From the IMG/VR virus record IMGVR_UViG_3300027741_000002, positions 32,001 through 96,000 of that record: a stretch of 64,000 nucleotides of DNA; one strand, written 5' to 3'. The position numbers and the translations under genes were made by a program. This document shows, one piece after another, positions 9,227 through 19,348 of the stretch. The number at the start of each line of letters is the position of its first letter. Position 1 is the stretch's first letter. The notes under the pieces are model-generated. The model saw only the letters and a program-made list of their open reading frames with translations. It searched no databases and was not told where the DNA came from. This DNA is from a virus.

Positions 9227-11183
9227 GCTTATCAACCTGCGCTTCCGTGACTAGTGTTAACTCAACTTCCTCGCCAAAACTTGGAGTGTCTGGAACCGTT
9301 ACCTTGTATCCGTCTATCTTGCGAACGATAACGGTGTCACGCACCTCAAGATCACTTGCAAGACGCATGCGAATAAACTCGTCTTCAACTATAATCGAGC
9401 ACCAGTCTCCCGGAACGTATTCCCCGATAACAGGTGATAAAGATCCGTTAACCCTAACCTTGATGTCTGATATTGGAGGACGTGCCTCTGTTAGATAGCG
9501 CTCCGCGTGTGAGTAAAGCAGCTCTTCATCTTGAACCTCGCTGCGAGTTTCATTGGCGTCAAGGATAGGCCAACCGTTAAGAAGCATGTCCGTTGCGGTT
9601 GCAACCGCATACGGTTGGCTAATGTTACTGCCTAGATCCGGGATATTTCCTACGACAAAGAAACGTGTTGCCGCGTTCTCGGCGTTCTCTTCCATGGTAA
9701 CGTTAATGATGCTTCCAGGATACTCGAAGACAAGTTGATCCGCGCCATAACGACTAGGAGGAGATACCTCTCCTGCGGCAGGAGGATTTGGATAGTCAAT
9801 TGCAATTAAGACAAACGTGCGGGTAAACGTAGGTATATCTCCAACATAGACAAGATCACAGTCAATGCGATACTCGAAGCCGTCAACTGTATCCGAGTAC
9901 GCGTCTAGTTCCTCACCTGCGGACTTTAGTTCGTATCCACGGTAGTTGGTATTTGGCACGTTCTTACCGCTATACGCATCTGTAGAGTACTGTAGGTCAA
10001 TGTCAGAATTTCCAGGATACGGTCCGTACGTTCCGTATTTAGCCGTAGGTTGAACTACAGCGGTGCCTGCCGCAACTGCGGTTGATGCCATGTCACTATC
10101 CGAGACATATATAGTAAATGTAGTAGCGGTAGGCGTTGCTAGTATGTATTGCTTGCCGTCAAAAACGGTAAGGAACGTTGTAGGATCATCTACACCGGAC
10201 AGCGTAACATATTTACCGGCGGTAAATCCATGCGAAGTAGACGTAGTTAATGTTGCAACATAGTCTACGACCGACTTAGACGTAACTGTCTTAGTTATAG
10301 TTGATACTGAAGCCGTAGCCGATGAGGCTATGGTAAACGTAGTAGTAGTAGGAGTTGCAATGACATCCCACAGACCGTCCAAGGTCCCGTTAACGTTATA
10401 GATCTCCACCGTCTGCGTAGGTATAACGTCGTGTGCGGTAGCCGTTGTAATCCTAGTTACTCCTCCGGGGGCGGTGACTGAAGTAATCTGTAGCTCTGTC
10501 GCAAGTGCAGGTTCGATATCCGTGTTAGGGAAACTGATCCCGCTAAAATCAACGAGGATCTCGTCAAGAAGTTGACGTACAAAATCATAGGTATCAACGC
10601 GCGCGTAGACCGTTACACCTGGGTATGAACCGTTAGGTACCGACGTTCCGGTAATTGTAAACGTCGTGTTGCTGGGAGAAGTTGCAATTGTATAATACCC
10701 GCTATATTGAAAATCTCCAACTTCTACGAACGAGATTCTTACCGCCGACCCCACAGGAAAAGCGTACTCTAAGGCTTGAAGTGTTCCGGTAATAGTTCCG
10801 CCTGAGACAACAAGATCCGCGCCAAAATCATGTGTCCATGTCTTCCAGATATCACGGTGGTGGAAGTAGCTTGTAAACTCTGAAGCCGAGACGTTAAGTG
10901 AACGTGAAACTACGTCGTATGACCGGTGCCACACTATACCGCCCCAGATACATACGCCGTCGCGCACTACGTATAGTCCTGTTTTTCCAGGCATGGTGCT
11001 GTTATATATGTCCATAGACGAGGTATCTGGAATTACCGGAATAGTTCCGCCAAACGAGCCCGCGGCCTTAATCGAACGCTCGAATGAGACACCGCGAAAT
11101 GGAATTTCAGCAAGTACCTGGTTTGTTAAAAGATCGGTAGTAAAATAGCGGTACTCTACGGATACCGTATCGGTCATTACCAT
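9216..11183 (-). CDS. minor tail protein (hub/gp37-like) with inserted beta-barrel repeats
   Basis: Position after distal tail gene; VVRDGVCIWGGIVW; FEYPGSI; YVPGDW; repeated TT.TAH..G..V.I.GV..F.G.Y.I..PT.TTF modules. Confidence 0.8.
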   Translation of the reverse strand: MVMTDTVSVEYRYFTTDLLTNQVLAEIPFRGVSFERSIKAAGSFGGTIPVIPDTSSMDIYNSTMPGKTGLYVVRDGVCIWGGIVWHRSYDVVSRSLNVSASEFTSYFHHRDIWKTWTHDFGADLVVSGGTITGTLQALEYAFPVGSAVRISFVEVGDFQYSGYYTIATSPSNTTFTITGTSVPNGSYPGVTVYARVDTYDFVRQLLDEILVDFSGISFPNTDIEPALATELQITSVTAPGGVTRITTATAHDVIPTQTVEIYNVNGTLDGLWDVIATPTTTTFTIASSATASVSTITKTVTSKSVVDYVATLTTSTSHGFTAGKYVTLSGVDDPTTFLTVFDGKQYILATPTATTFTIYVSDSDMASTAVAAGTAVVQPTAKYGTYGPYPGNSDIDLQYSTDAYSGKNVPNTNYRGYELKSAGEELDAYSDTVDGFEYRIDCDLVYVGDIPTFTRTFVLIAIDYPNPPAAGEVSPPSRYGADQLVFEYPGSIINVTMEENAENAATRFFVVGNIPDLGSNISQPYAVATATDMLLNGWPILDANETRSEVQDEELLYSHAERYLTEARPPISDIKVRVNGSLSPVIGEYVPGDWCSIIVEDEFIRMRLASDLEVRDTVIVRKIDGYKVTVPDTPSFGEEVELTLVTEAQVDKRGQ

Positions 11184-11230
11184 CTAAGTTGTACCTCATT
11201 AAGTAGATTTGTCGTTGAATACATTGTATA

Positions 11231-12868
11231 CTATCCAAGCCAGGCAGATCTGTAGTAGACAGCTAGAGATGCGGTGCTTGTTGCGGTCCCGGAATCTACA
11301 AAGCTAAAGTAGTTATCGCCTGGAGCTAGAAGAGTCCACTCCGCAAGAACGTCGACAAGACTACGCTTGCCGACCGCGTCTCCGTTAAGTGTAACTACGT
11401 GGTCGCGCGTATCAATCTCAAGAACATCCGCGGTAGACGTAATTGTTCCAGAGGCAGCCGACGATACTACGTTTGTAGCTGTCTTAGCGTAGGTTAGCGT
11501 AGTAGTTGTCGGGACAGTTAATATCGTAAAGGTACCGTTGAACGTAGCGTTTACGCCGGATACAACTACAACGTCACCTGCAAGAAGGCCATGCGCTGCC
11601 GCCGTGGTTAGCGTGGCAATGTTACCTGTTAGAGCCTTGTTAGAAACGGTAGGTGTCAGGACTCCGCGCAGAGACTCGATAATTGTAAGAGACTCGTTTG
11701 TAGTCTGGTTGAAAATAGTTGCGGGTCCTGTTAGCGGACCTGAGATCTGCAAGATCACCGGCGCGTATGCATTACCGGTGTTAGTTATCGTGCCGGCACC
11801 TGAGCCTTCAACACCCGAGTTTGCTCCTTGGATAGTTACGTAGCGATAGCCAAGCTCGTCCTCCGCGTACCACTCGTACTTAAGAGGGTCCGGAGCACGT
11901 AGTCCGATAGAAAACTCCGTGCGTCCTCTTGCGTTAATTGTTTTAATATCAGGACGCCCACTAAGACGCACATAGGAAGCCTTGGTTGGCTCCTCGTCAA
12001 CCTTAATCCACGCGCCTACGTAGACTAGATCAGTTTCCTTAATAAGCTTATCTCGCGACACCTGAACTAGCGAAGGGTCAGGAGTAAGGAACACTCCATT
12101 AAGGGTTAATTGACGCGCTTGATAGCGTCCACGTACATCGTAGGACCCGTCTCCCCAACCACGTGGAATATCACGAACCTCCGGCTCTGGGTGCACCCAC
12201 CAGCCTTCAATGTCCGTACACACCCATACCACGCCGTTCTCATCGATAGTATTAAGAATAAGATCTCCGATAGCAATATCAGCGTTAAGCTTCATTCCCG
12301 TGATATGAGGAATTGGCAAAGGTGTAAGACCTAGGTTTACCTGTGTGTTCTCGTATGACTGAGTTACATCGTCAAAGTATTCTCCAACGTATGATGCATT
12401 CTCAAGAAGAATCGCATCAACTAAGAACTTCTTACCAGCCGTTCCAGCTAGAGGTTGAATTACAGATATGGTAGCTGCAACCGCAAGTGCAGGCGCTACC
12501 ATTACGCCTTCTAGACGAGTAAAATCACTGCCTGTAGGAATTTCTATCGCATTAGTTGAACTTGTCGAGATAAGCGTCCCACCGGAGACAGCGGTATACC
12601 ACTTGACGTCAATTCTTAGCGTGCCTGTTTCTTGATTATCAGGCACCTTTACGTATGCGGACACCGCATATGAAGACGCAGCTGTCACCGCGATTCGTGA
12701 AGCTGTAACAACACCGGAGTTAATAGAGGCAGCCTTTGTAATCTGCAAGCATGACGTTCCGTAGAACGAGTCGGTGGTGATACGCGCGATGGTTGATGAT
12801 CCAGTAGAAGACCAACCGGTTATGTCTGTCTTAAATGAAGGATTAGTTACTAAGTTAACTCTTGACAT
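11231..12868 (-). CDS. distal tail (Dit-like) protein with N-terminal carbohydrate-binding module
   Basis: NLVTNPSF..GW (CBM-like), DIEGWW..P, LRAPDPLKY, NTGNAYAP, WTLLAPGDN, YRSAW; ATG 12868 preferred over the ORF-track start. Confidence 0.8.
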   Translation of the reverse strand: MSRVNLVTNPSFKTDITGWSSTGSSTIARITTDSFYGTSCLQITKAASINSGVVTASRIAVTAASSYAVSAYVKVPDNQETGTLRIDVKWYTAVSGGTLISTSSTNAIEIPTGSDFTRLEGVMVAPALAVAATISVIQPLAGTAGKKFLVDAILLENASYVGEYFDDVTQSYENTQVNLGLTPLPIPHITGMKLNADIAIGDLILNTIDENGVVWVCTDIEGWWVHPEPEVRDIPRGWGDGSYDVRGRYQARQLTLNGVFLTPDPSLVQVSRDKLIKETDLVYVGAWIKVDEEPTKASYVRLSGRPDIKTINARGRTEFSIGLRAPDPLKYEWYAEDELGYRYVTIQGANSGVEGSGAGTITNTGNAYAPVILQISGPLTGPATIFNQTTNESLTIIESLRGVLTPTVSNKALTGNIATLTTAAAHGLLAGDVVVVSGVNATFNGTFTILTVPTTTTLTYAKTATNVVSSAASGTITSTADVLEIDTRDHVVTLNGDAVGKRSLVDVLAEWTLLAPGDNYFSFVDSGTATSTASLAVYYRSAWLG

Positions 12869-12869
12869 T

Positions 12870-15800
12870 TTATGAACCGCCCTTACGCATCTGGAATGCA
12901 ATCTGGCGTGAAACCATATTGGCAAGCTCTGATTCGTTCATACCTGGAGATGGATAAACGTTAATAATGTTCCCACCTGAGCCACCAGCAAGAAGTTTAA
13001 TCATTGACTTGTCACGCTTAGATAGACCGTCTGGGTCAAGAGGCTCAACGCGCTCTGGACGACCAGCTTCTCCGATACGCGCAATAGTTCCTCCAAGTGA
13101 AGGATTAACTACGCCACCTAAAGCAAAGTTAGGTATTTGTGGAATGTTAATTCCAAACTGAGTACCACGACCAGGAACACCAACGATATCTGGGATCTTA
13201 AACGAGATCTTGTTCATTGCACGAATAAGAACGTTTATCAAATTTATTACCATATTGATAGCGCCTTTAAGGCCGTCTGTTAGCCAGCCCCAAATATTTC
13301 CTGCGCCTCTAGCAAATCGTGCGCCAAGACCAGAAACAAAGGTTACTATAGTCTCAAATATAGCCTTCGCGCCAGTCCATGCAGCGTCAAGTCCTGTCTT
13401 TAGAACGTTCCATACAAAGCTAATTGCAGTTGTGACTAGTCCAATATATGTCTTTACTCCTGCAACAATAAGATCCCACACGAATTTAATTGCAATCCAT
13501 ACAGCGTCAAGAGCGGTCTTTAGAATGTCCCAAACAAACTTAATGACAGTAGTTATAGTTGAGATGTAGAGTTTGATACCTGCGACAATGAGATCCCAAA
13601 TTATCTTAATTCCATCCCAGACAAGTTGAAGTCCTGTCTTCAGAACGTCCCAGACAAACTTAATAACAGTAGTTACAGCATCTATGTATAGCTTGACTCC
13701 TGCGACAATGAGATCCCATATTACCTTAATAGCATCCCATACTGCTGAGAGGGCTTCCTTAAATCCATTCCATGCCTTTGGAAGCCATTCAACAAGCCAG
13801 TCGATGACAGAGCCAACTGCGTCCTTAATGGCAGCCCAGACCTTTTGAACAAGCTCGCGGAAGGCTTCATTCTTCTTGTAAAGTACTACAAATATTGCTA
13901 CCAAAGCTGTTATTGCTACAACAATTACGCCGATAGGATTAGCGGAAAATGCAATAGAAAGAAGCATCCACGCAATTCTAAATCCTTCAATAATAACCTT
14001 AAATATCTTAAACACGTTCATAAGCATAGACAGTGGCTTAAGCACTAAGAATAGAAGTCCGGCGCCAAAGGTAGAAAACAGAATGCTTACTGCTGTAAGA
14101 GCTAGAGCAATTCCGTGGAACGGTGCGGTAAAGTTTAGAATTGCCTTAATCACTTTATTGTTAAGAATGGCTAGAACAACCTTTGCAAGAACATCAAAGG
14201 TACCAAAGAAGGTCTTAATTGTAGAGGTATTGGTGAGAGCGTCAATTATCTTTGTGATTGTTACAACAAGACTTGCGAGCGCAGGTGCGCCTTCGTTTGT
14301 CTTTGCTAAGATACTGCCAAACGGCTCCGCTGCCTTGCCAATTGTGTCCCAGAACTTCTTGATGTTTGGGTCATCGCCAAGCTTTAGGATTTCCTTGACA
14401 AACTTACCGACGTTACTTAAGATTGATTTAGTGTTCTCAGCAGCTCCTGCAAAGTAGGACTTAAGAGTTGCCTGACCTTCTGTTGATCCAGAGAATGCCT
14501 TAAATGCTCCTGTAATATCCTTAAAGTAGTCAAGCATGATCTGGCCGCCAGTGCCAGGACCTGTATTAGCCTTAATGATGTTACCAAGGCCACCTGCGAT
14601 GTTTCCAATGATCTTTCCAACCTCGGCAGCAACTCTACCAGCCTCGTTAAAAAATGCCTTAAGCTTCTCTGGATCTGCGTTAAGCTTTTCGTCAAGAGAC
14701 TTTGTAGTTTTAGTTAAGTAATCAAGAAACCTTTGTAGCAGTGGATCTACTGCTTGAAGAATAGAAAGAAAGACACCCCAAAGATTACCGGTAATTCCAC
14801 CAAGTTTACCGATAGCAGTTGCTGCATTAGTAAACACTGTTGTAAGCTTAGATAGATTAGCAGGAGCTGTAATTGCATTAGAAATAGATATCGCGACGTC
14901 ACCAAGTGCTGTTCCTACTTCCTTAAGACCAGTCTTTAGTATAGGGAAGGCCTTATCAACGAGAGTTGTAATCGCTGTTTGTAGTGGAGGAAGAAGAGCT
15001 CCTGCGGCTGCCTCTTTTAACTTTTTAATCTCTGGTTGAAGATTAGAAATAAAGTTAGCAAAATCTTTTTGTGATGCTGTTAAATCAAATAATGGATCTA
15101 TAGATCTACCAGAACGACCTTTTGCCGCGTCTGACTGTGCACGAGCAAGAGCTTCTTCTGCATCTTTTTGCTTCTGTAGCGCATCAACTTCAGCCTTTGA
15201 CCTGGCGTCTCTTGCGTCAGCAACTGCGCTATCTGCCTGTGCCGCGGCTTCACGCGCCGCAACAACCGAGTCAAGACCGTCAACGCCGGTTTTTGCAAGA
15301 CGCTGCTGCTCCTTGGCAAGATCAGAGTTTTTGTCCTTAGCACGACGAAGGTTAAGGTCAGCCTCCGCATACGCAAGTTGCGCCTCACGACGAGCACGAG
15401 AATTAGGTGGAAGATCTTGGACACGTGCTAAAGCTTCGCGCGCCTTTTCAAGATCAAGGCCCGCGCGCTTTTCAGCAAGTGCGGCATCCTCTGCATCAAA
15501 ACCCATTTGTTGAAGTTGCTCGTTACCATCTTTAAGCGCGGTGGTAAGAGCTTCCTGAGCTTTTGTAAACTTATTTTTTGCGTCTGTTACTTCTTTATCA
15601 GCTCTAGTTAAGGCTTCTGTGTTACTTGTAACTACTCGTAGAAGAGCTTTTTCAGCGTCTGTAACTCTACGTTTTGCAGCAGTGTCACTCGCTGCTGCCA
15701 TATTCTTTTGCTTATTAAGCGCGGTTACGGCCTTGAATACACCCGATAAGGCAAGCTTAGCTGTTATCGCACCTATGCCGATGTCTACTAGACCGGCGCC

Positions 15801-16151
15801 TAAAGCTAGAGCAGCGGGAGCAGCAGAAAGTAAAGCTCCTCCGAGAGCAACAACGCCTCCTGCAAGAGCAGCTACGCTGCCAAGTAATTCAGAAATAACA
15901 GTTCCAACTACTAGCCCTGCTGCTTGTAGACTGTATAAAGCTTTTCCTTGACTTTCTATCTTCTTTGCAAAATCAGAGCCTATACCAATTTTTGACATGT
16001 TTCGTGTAAACGATGTGCCAAATGCGTTTCCTGCATTTGACCCTACTCGAGAGGCGACACCTTCAAGTTTTTGCAAGTCTCTACGTACTGAAGACTCAAA
16101 ACCAGTCGTTATAGGCCTAACAATTATGTATGCCTCACCGACTACTGCCAT
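12870..16151 (-). CDS. tape measure protein
   Basis: 1093 aa, VGEAYIIVRP N-terminus, coiled-coil, ANPIG hydrophobic segment, W/F-periodic repeats, FALGGVV..IGEAGRPERVEPL. Confidence 0.95.
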   Translation of the reverse strand: MAVVGEAYIIVRPITTGFESSVRRDLQKLEGVASRVGSNAGNAFGTSFTRNMSKIGIGSDFAKKIESQGKALYSLQAAGLVVGTVISELLGSVAALAGGVVALGGALLSAAPAALALGAGLVDIGIGAITAKLALSGVFKAVTALNKQKNMAAASDTAAKRRVTDAEKALLRVVTSNTEALTRADKEVTDAKNKFTKAQEALTTALKDGNEQLQQMGFDAEDAALAEKRAGLDLEKAREALARVQDLPPNSRARREAQLAYAEADLNLRRAKDKNSDLAKEQQRLAKTGVDGLDSVVAAREAAAQADSAVADARDARSKAEVDALQKQKDAEEALARAQSDAAKGRSGRSIDPLFDLTASQKDFANFISNLQPEIKKLKEAAAGALLPPLQTAITTLVDKAFPILKTGLKEVGTALGDVAISISNAITAPANLSKLTTVFTNAATAIGKLGGITGNLWGVFLSILQAVDPLLQRFLDYLTKTTKSLDEKLNADPEKLKAFFNEAGRVAAEVGKIIGNIAGGLGNIIKANTGPGTGGQIMLDYFKDITGAFKAFSGSTEGQATLKSYFAGAAENTKSILSNVGKFVKEILKLGDDPNIKKFWDTIGKAAEPFGSILAKTNEGAPALASLVVTITKIIDALTNTSTIKTFFGTFDVLAKVVLAILNNKVIKAILNFTAPFHGIALALTAVSILFSTFGAGLLFLVLKPLSMLMNVFKIFKVIIEGFRIAWMLLSIAFSANPIGVIVVAITALVAIFVVLYKKNEAFRELVQKVWAAIKDAVGSVIDWLVEWLPKAWNGFKEALSAVWDAIKVIWDLIVAGVKLYIDAVTTVIKFVWDVLKTGLQLVWDGIKIIWDLIVAGIKLYISTITTVIKFVWDILKTALDAVWIAIKFVWDLIVAGVKTYIGLVTTAISFVWNVLKTGLDAAWTGAKAIFETIVTFVSGLGARFARGAGNIWGWLTDGLKGAINMVINLINVLIRAMNKISFKIPDIVGVPGRGTQFGINIPQIPNFALGGVVNPSLGGTIARIGEAGRPERVEPLDPDGLSKRDKSMIKLLAGGSGGNIINVYPSPGMNESELANMVSRQIAFQMRKGGS

Positions 16152-16187
16152 GGTGTCACCTCCTTCCTTTTTTCTAGTTCTTAGTTC

Positions 16188-16559
16188 TTAGTGCCCAAGT
16201 GGAGAATCTAGGATGTCACCAAAAGGCTTAGGCGCATTTGCGTTTACACTAGTTGGTTGTAGATACGGCTTAGGCTTTTTCTTTGGTTCAAATGGTTTAA
16301 GCTCTGGTTCACTTACCTGAGGATCATCAAAGTCCATAGCACCTGAAGCGTAGCTGCTTCCTTCTTTCTTAGAAGCATACTTATACTCGCTGTTATACAG
16401 ATCTGAATAGATAGAAGATCTTGTCTTATCGCGAGCTTCAGCCTGCTCAGGAGTGCTGTAGTTCATGTCATCCTCAAGGAAGTAGTGAAGAACGTCTAGC
16501 ATGTCACTAAAATCCATGCTTGCAAGTTGTAGTCCGTTCACTAATGCTCGTCCATTCAC
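16188..16559 (-). CDS. tail assembly chaperone, downstream (GT-like) part
   Basis: Directly upstream of TMP; its frame stays open upstream to 16628, overlapping the previous gene in the -1 frame. Confidence 0.7.
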   Translation of the reverse strand: MNGRALVNGLQLASMDFSDMLDVLHYFLEDDMNYSTPEQAEARDKTRSSIYSDLYNSEYKYASKKEGSSYASGAMDFDDPQVSEPELKPFEPKKKPKPYLQPTSVNANAPKPFGDILDSPLGH

Positions 16560-16585
16560 ATAAGGCCATAGGTCAATCCCCCACT

Positions 16586-16927
16586 CTAGGAGACTGTAGG
16601 CTGCTCTTCCGGGCGTCCTGAGTACTCCTCAACAAGCCACGCTGTGATTTCTGCAAGTGTCTCAACTGTTACGATCTTTTCAGGGTGCTCGCATAGGATA
16701 TTAAAGCGCTCAAAGCTCTCTTCAACTAGTACCTTCTTAAAGAAGGTGTTAATCAACGCAGCAGATTTTGCAGGATCAGACGAGCTTGCATCTGTAATAA
16801 GGCTAAGCATAGTCTTACCTTGTACCTGTGCAACACAGTTAAAATCTTCCCCATGAAGCTTAAAAGAAAGAGGCTCTCTTGCCTCTTGCCCAGTACCTGA
16901 ACCAAAGTCCTTGAATCTATTAGTCAT
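16586..16927 (-). CDS. tail assembly chaperone (G-like)
   Basis: Position; ends WLVEEYSGRP typical of actinophage chaperones. Confidence 0.75.
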   Translation of the reverse strand: MTNRFKDFGSGTGQEAREPLSFKLHGEDFNCVAQVQGKTMLSLITDASSSDPAKSAALINTFFKKVLVEESFERFNILCEHPEKIVTVETLAEITAWLVEEYSGRPEEQPTVS

Positions 16928-16981
16928 GTTTTCTTCCTTCGTATTGTGTTAGTGTCTTTATCGAGACGCTTGTCTCAATGT

Positions 16982-17371
16982 TTATCTTATCAAATATAGG
17001 TTATCGGTGAGATACCTATTCGGCCGTGTTCCGGGATGTCGTACAGCGTGCGTATATATAACTCTTCCACCTGAAGAGAAACGCAACACGTTTGATCTAT
17101 TTGGAACGATAATGTGAGGCTTAGTGCCTTCGTGGTGCAGCAGCGCGTAATGTAAGCTAGAGCCTACCATCACATATTGACCGCCCATGCCACCGCGCTC
17201 GTGACGCATGTGAATAGAAGCTTTTAACTTTCCTGTTTTAACACCCGCCTGCATTTTTGCAGCAATAACAATACGAGTAGCGCGCTCGGCAAGATGTCGT
17301 CCTACCATGCCGGTAGGACTTTTTAACATCTCATCCATTGCTGCCTTATTAAAGACTACCTTTACTACCAT
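16982..17371 (-). CDS. HK97 gp10-like head-tail/tail completion protein
   Basis: VKTGKLKASI, YALLHHEGTKPH, VRHPGT..NRYL. Confidence 0.8.
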   Translation of the reverse strand: MVVKVVFNKAAMDEMLKSPTGMVGRHLAERATRIVIAAKMQAGVKTGKLKASIHMRHERGGMGGQYVMVGSSLHYALLHHEGTKPHIIVPNRSNVLRFSSGGRVIYTHAVRHPGTRPNRYLTDNLYLIR

Positions 17372-17874
17372 TACGGAACCACCAACGTTGCCTGCATCTT
17401 AGTGGTTTGAAAGCCACCTTCAGCGGTTGCGGCCTCGACTGTAGCGATAACACCCATGCCAAACTCGCCAGGTTCCCACTGATCTAACTTGTTGATAAGC
17501 TCCATAAACATATATGCATCAACCGCGGAGATCTCCGAGCCTTCTTGAATCTTTTCACCTGTAGGGGCTTTTCCGTTAGAACCTACGACAGGTATCGCAC
17601 GAGAAATAGTAATACTCAACACCGCGCTACGAGGCGACGTTGCTCTTTGTGGTTGGCTAGCCTGATCACCTGGAAGTCCTAGGTACATCTGGACAAATGA
17701 AACGCAGAGTTGCTCGCAGTCAATCGCAGGATCACCCATCGTCCAAAATTGGCGACTAGGCACAGGAACGTTATATTCCTCATATGTTTGAACTACCTTA
17801 TAAAGAACGCTATCTAGAAAGTTCTTAAGGTGCAGTGCATCAGCACTTACCGAGGCTATGTTAACAATTTGCAT
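17371..17874 (-). CDS. tail terminator / head-tail connector
   Basis: Position in neck module; DCEQLCVS, EGG motif. Confidence 0.6.
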   Translation of the reverse strand: MQIVNIASVSADALHLKNFLDSVLYKVVQTYEEYNVPVPSRQFWTMGDPAIDCEQLCVSFVQMYLGLPGDQASQPQRATSPRSAVLSITISRAIPVVGSNGKAPTGEKIQEGSEISAVDAYMFMELINKLDQWEPGEFGMGVIATVEAATAEGGFQTTKMQATLVVP

Positions 17875-17884
17875 GTTAGCCTCC

Positions 17885-19249
17885 TCAGTTATCTAATGTG
17901 TAGGTAGGTGTAGTAGGTGTACCAAGTCTTAGGGAGAGATTGCCAGACGCAATATACACAGTTTCTTCGTTCTTTGTCGCGTAAAGATCCCACGTTCCTG
18001 GGTCAACAAATCCTGCGTAGGCATAGGCATCTGCGTAGGAAACCGACAACGTTAAGGTGTCGCGTGACTCGTTTGTAACAAGTGCCGTGCCTGTAGTTGC
18101 AACACGAGCAATATTACTCGCGACCTTGGCAAACATAAACGTAGTAGTCGTAGGGACATCTGCTATATAGTAAGAGCCGTTAAATGTTGCATCTACACCT
18201 GAGATTGTCACGTAGTCGCCTACTGAGAACCCGTGGGCAGTCGACGTAGTGATAATCGCCATGTTATCCGCGATTTGCTTAAATGATACTGACTTAGAGA
18301 TATCGTTAATGATAGTGTTAATAGACACGGCGCCAGATCCTAGGTCACGAGTTTTGCTGCCACTGTAGTTGCCTATCTTAAGTGTAGGAACCCAGGCATC
18401 ATCAAGAACTAAGAACGCGGCGTTGATGTAGTCAATGTTAACGTCTAGCGTTCCGCCGTCCTTGCCTGTGATATTCATATCAAGAACGCTTGGTGCAAGT
18501 GAAAGGGGCTTAGGAATGTGTCGACGTGCACGAGGAACATCTGGAGAAAATACACGAGCCTTCGCGCGCGCCTTGTCTGGGTTTGCAGACTTTAAAAATA
18601 GATCTACGATGTATAGACCTGTTCGCATGTCGGCGATGAAGTCCTGGTTGTCAAGAATAGTATAGGAGATACCTTGACGTGAAACAGAGGTGATACGTTG
18701 TGGAAGATCGCAGTCGTCACCGTTCCAAAGTTTAATAAACTCTGTCGCAAGAACGCGGGCTGCAGCTCTACCAGACGCAGGAGGAGGAGATCCGTATGTA
18801 TAGGTAACCTCGATGTTGCACGGTGCCCAGGCGGTGCCTGAACGTGCCTGAAGGGTTGAATGATCTACTAGATAATAGTTGGATGGATCAACTATCTTTC
18901 CTGTGCGGTCACGGACTGAGTCAATCTTAATAACAGGCCGTCCGCGTAGGCGTAGGCGGGTAGACGGGGACATGCCGTCTGTAGTTAGCTCCGCGTAGTC
19001 GTCAAATTCATCAAAAGGAATGTTGTACATGTCGCCGCCAACAAGCTCCGGCGTGTAGTTGCGTGCAGATGCACCTAGGCGATACGCGCGAGACGCGCAT
19101 ACATACTTCTCGCTGACTGTTGTAATTCCACCGTACTTGCGACCAGACATAGACCATAGAAGCTGAGACGCTACTTTTACGGCGTCGTATGCGTATTCAT
19201 GATCCGCATAGGAGTCAAGCTCTTCAACGCTAACCCAAAGGTTTGACAC
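17885..19249 (-). CDS. head-to-tail adaptor with C-terminal extension
   Basis: ASQLLWSMSGRKYG, VTYTYG.PPP, CDLPQRITSVSRQGIS, TGLYIVDLFL..NP. Confidence 0.8.
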   Translation of the reverse strand: MSNLWVSVEELDSYADHEYAYDAVKVASQLLWSMSGRKYGGITTVSEKYVCASRAYRLGASARNYTPELVGGDMYNIPFDEFDDYAELTTDGMSPSTRLRLRGRPVIKIDSVRDRTGKIVDPSNYYLVDHSTLQARSGTAWAPCNIEVTYTYGSPPPASGRAAARVLATEFIKLWNGDDCDLPQRITSVSRQGISYTILDNQDFIADMRTGLYIVDLFLKSANPDKARAKARVFSPDVPRARRHIPKPLSLAPSVLDMNITGKDGGTLDVNIDYINAAFLVLDDAWVPTLKIGNYSGSKTRDLGSGAVSINTIINDISKSVSFKQIADNMAIITTSTAHGFSVGDYVTISGVDATFNGSYYIADVPTTTTFMFAKVASNIARVATTGTALVTNESRDTLTLSVSYADAYAYAGFVDPGTWDLYATKNEETVYIASGNLSLRLGTPTTPTYTLDN

Positions 19250-19293
19250 TTATCTATCCCGTCTAATCGTCGTTAATGTATATTTTAATAGAG

Positions 19294-19337
19294 GAGCGGC
19301 ATGCCTGTGTTGGTGGTAACACATCGGCACGCCGCTC
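19294..19337 (-). terminator. long hairpin after major tail gene
   Basis: GAGCGGC..TGTGTT / AACACA..GCCGCTC inverted repeat; weak U-tract. Confidence 0.5.
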
Positions 19338-19348
19338 ACATTCTATTA

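Noticed and set aside
13380-13760. ~120 bp DNA repeats in the tape measure gene considered as DGR template/variable repeats
   Set aside because: They are ordinary Trp/Phe-periodic TMP repeats, and no reverse transcriptase is present in the window
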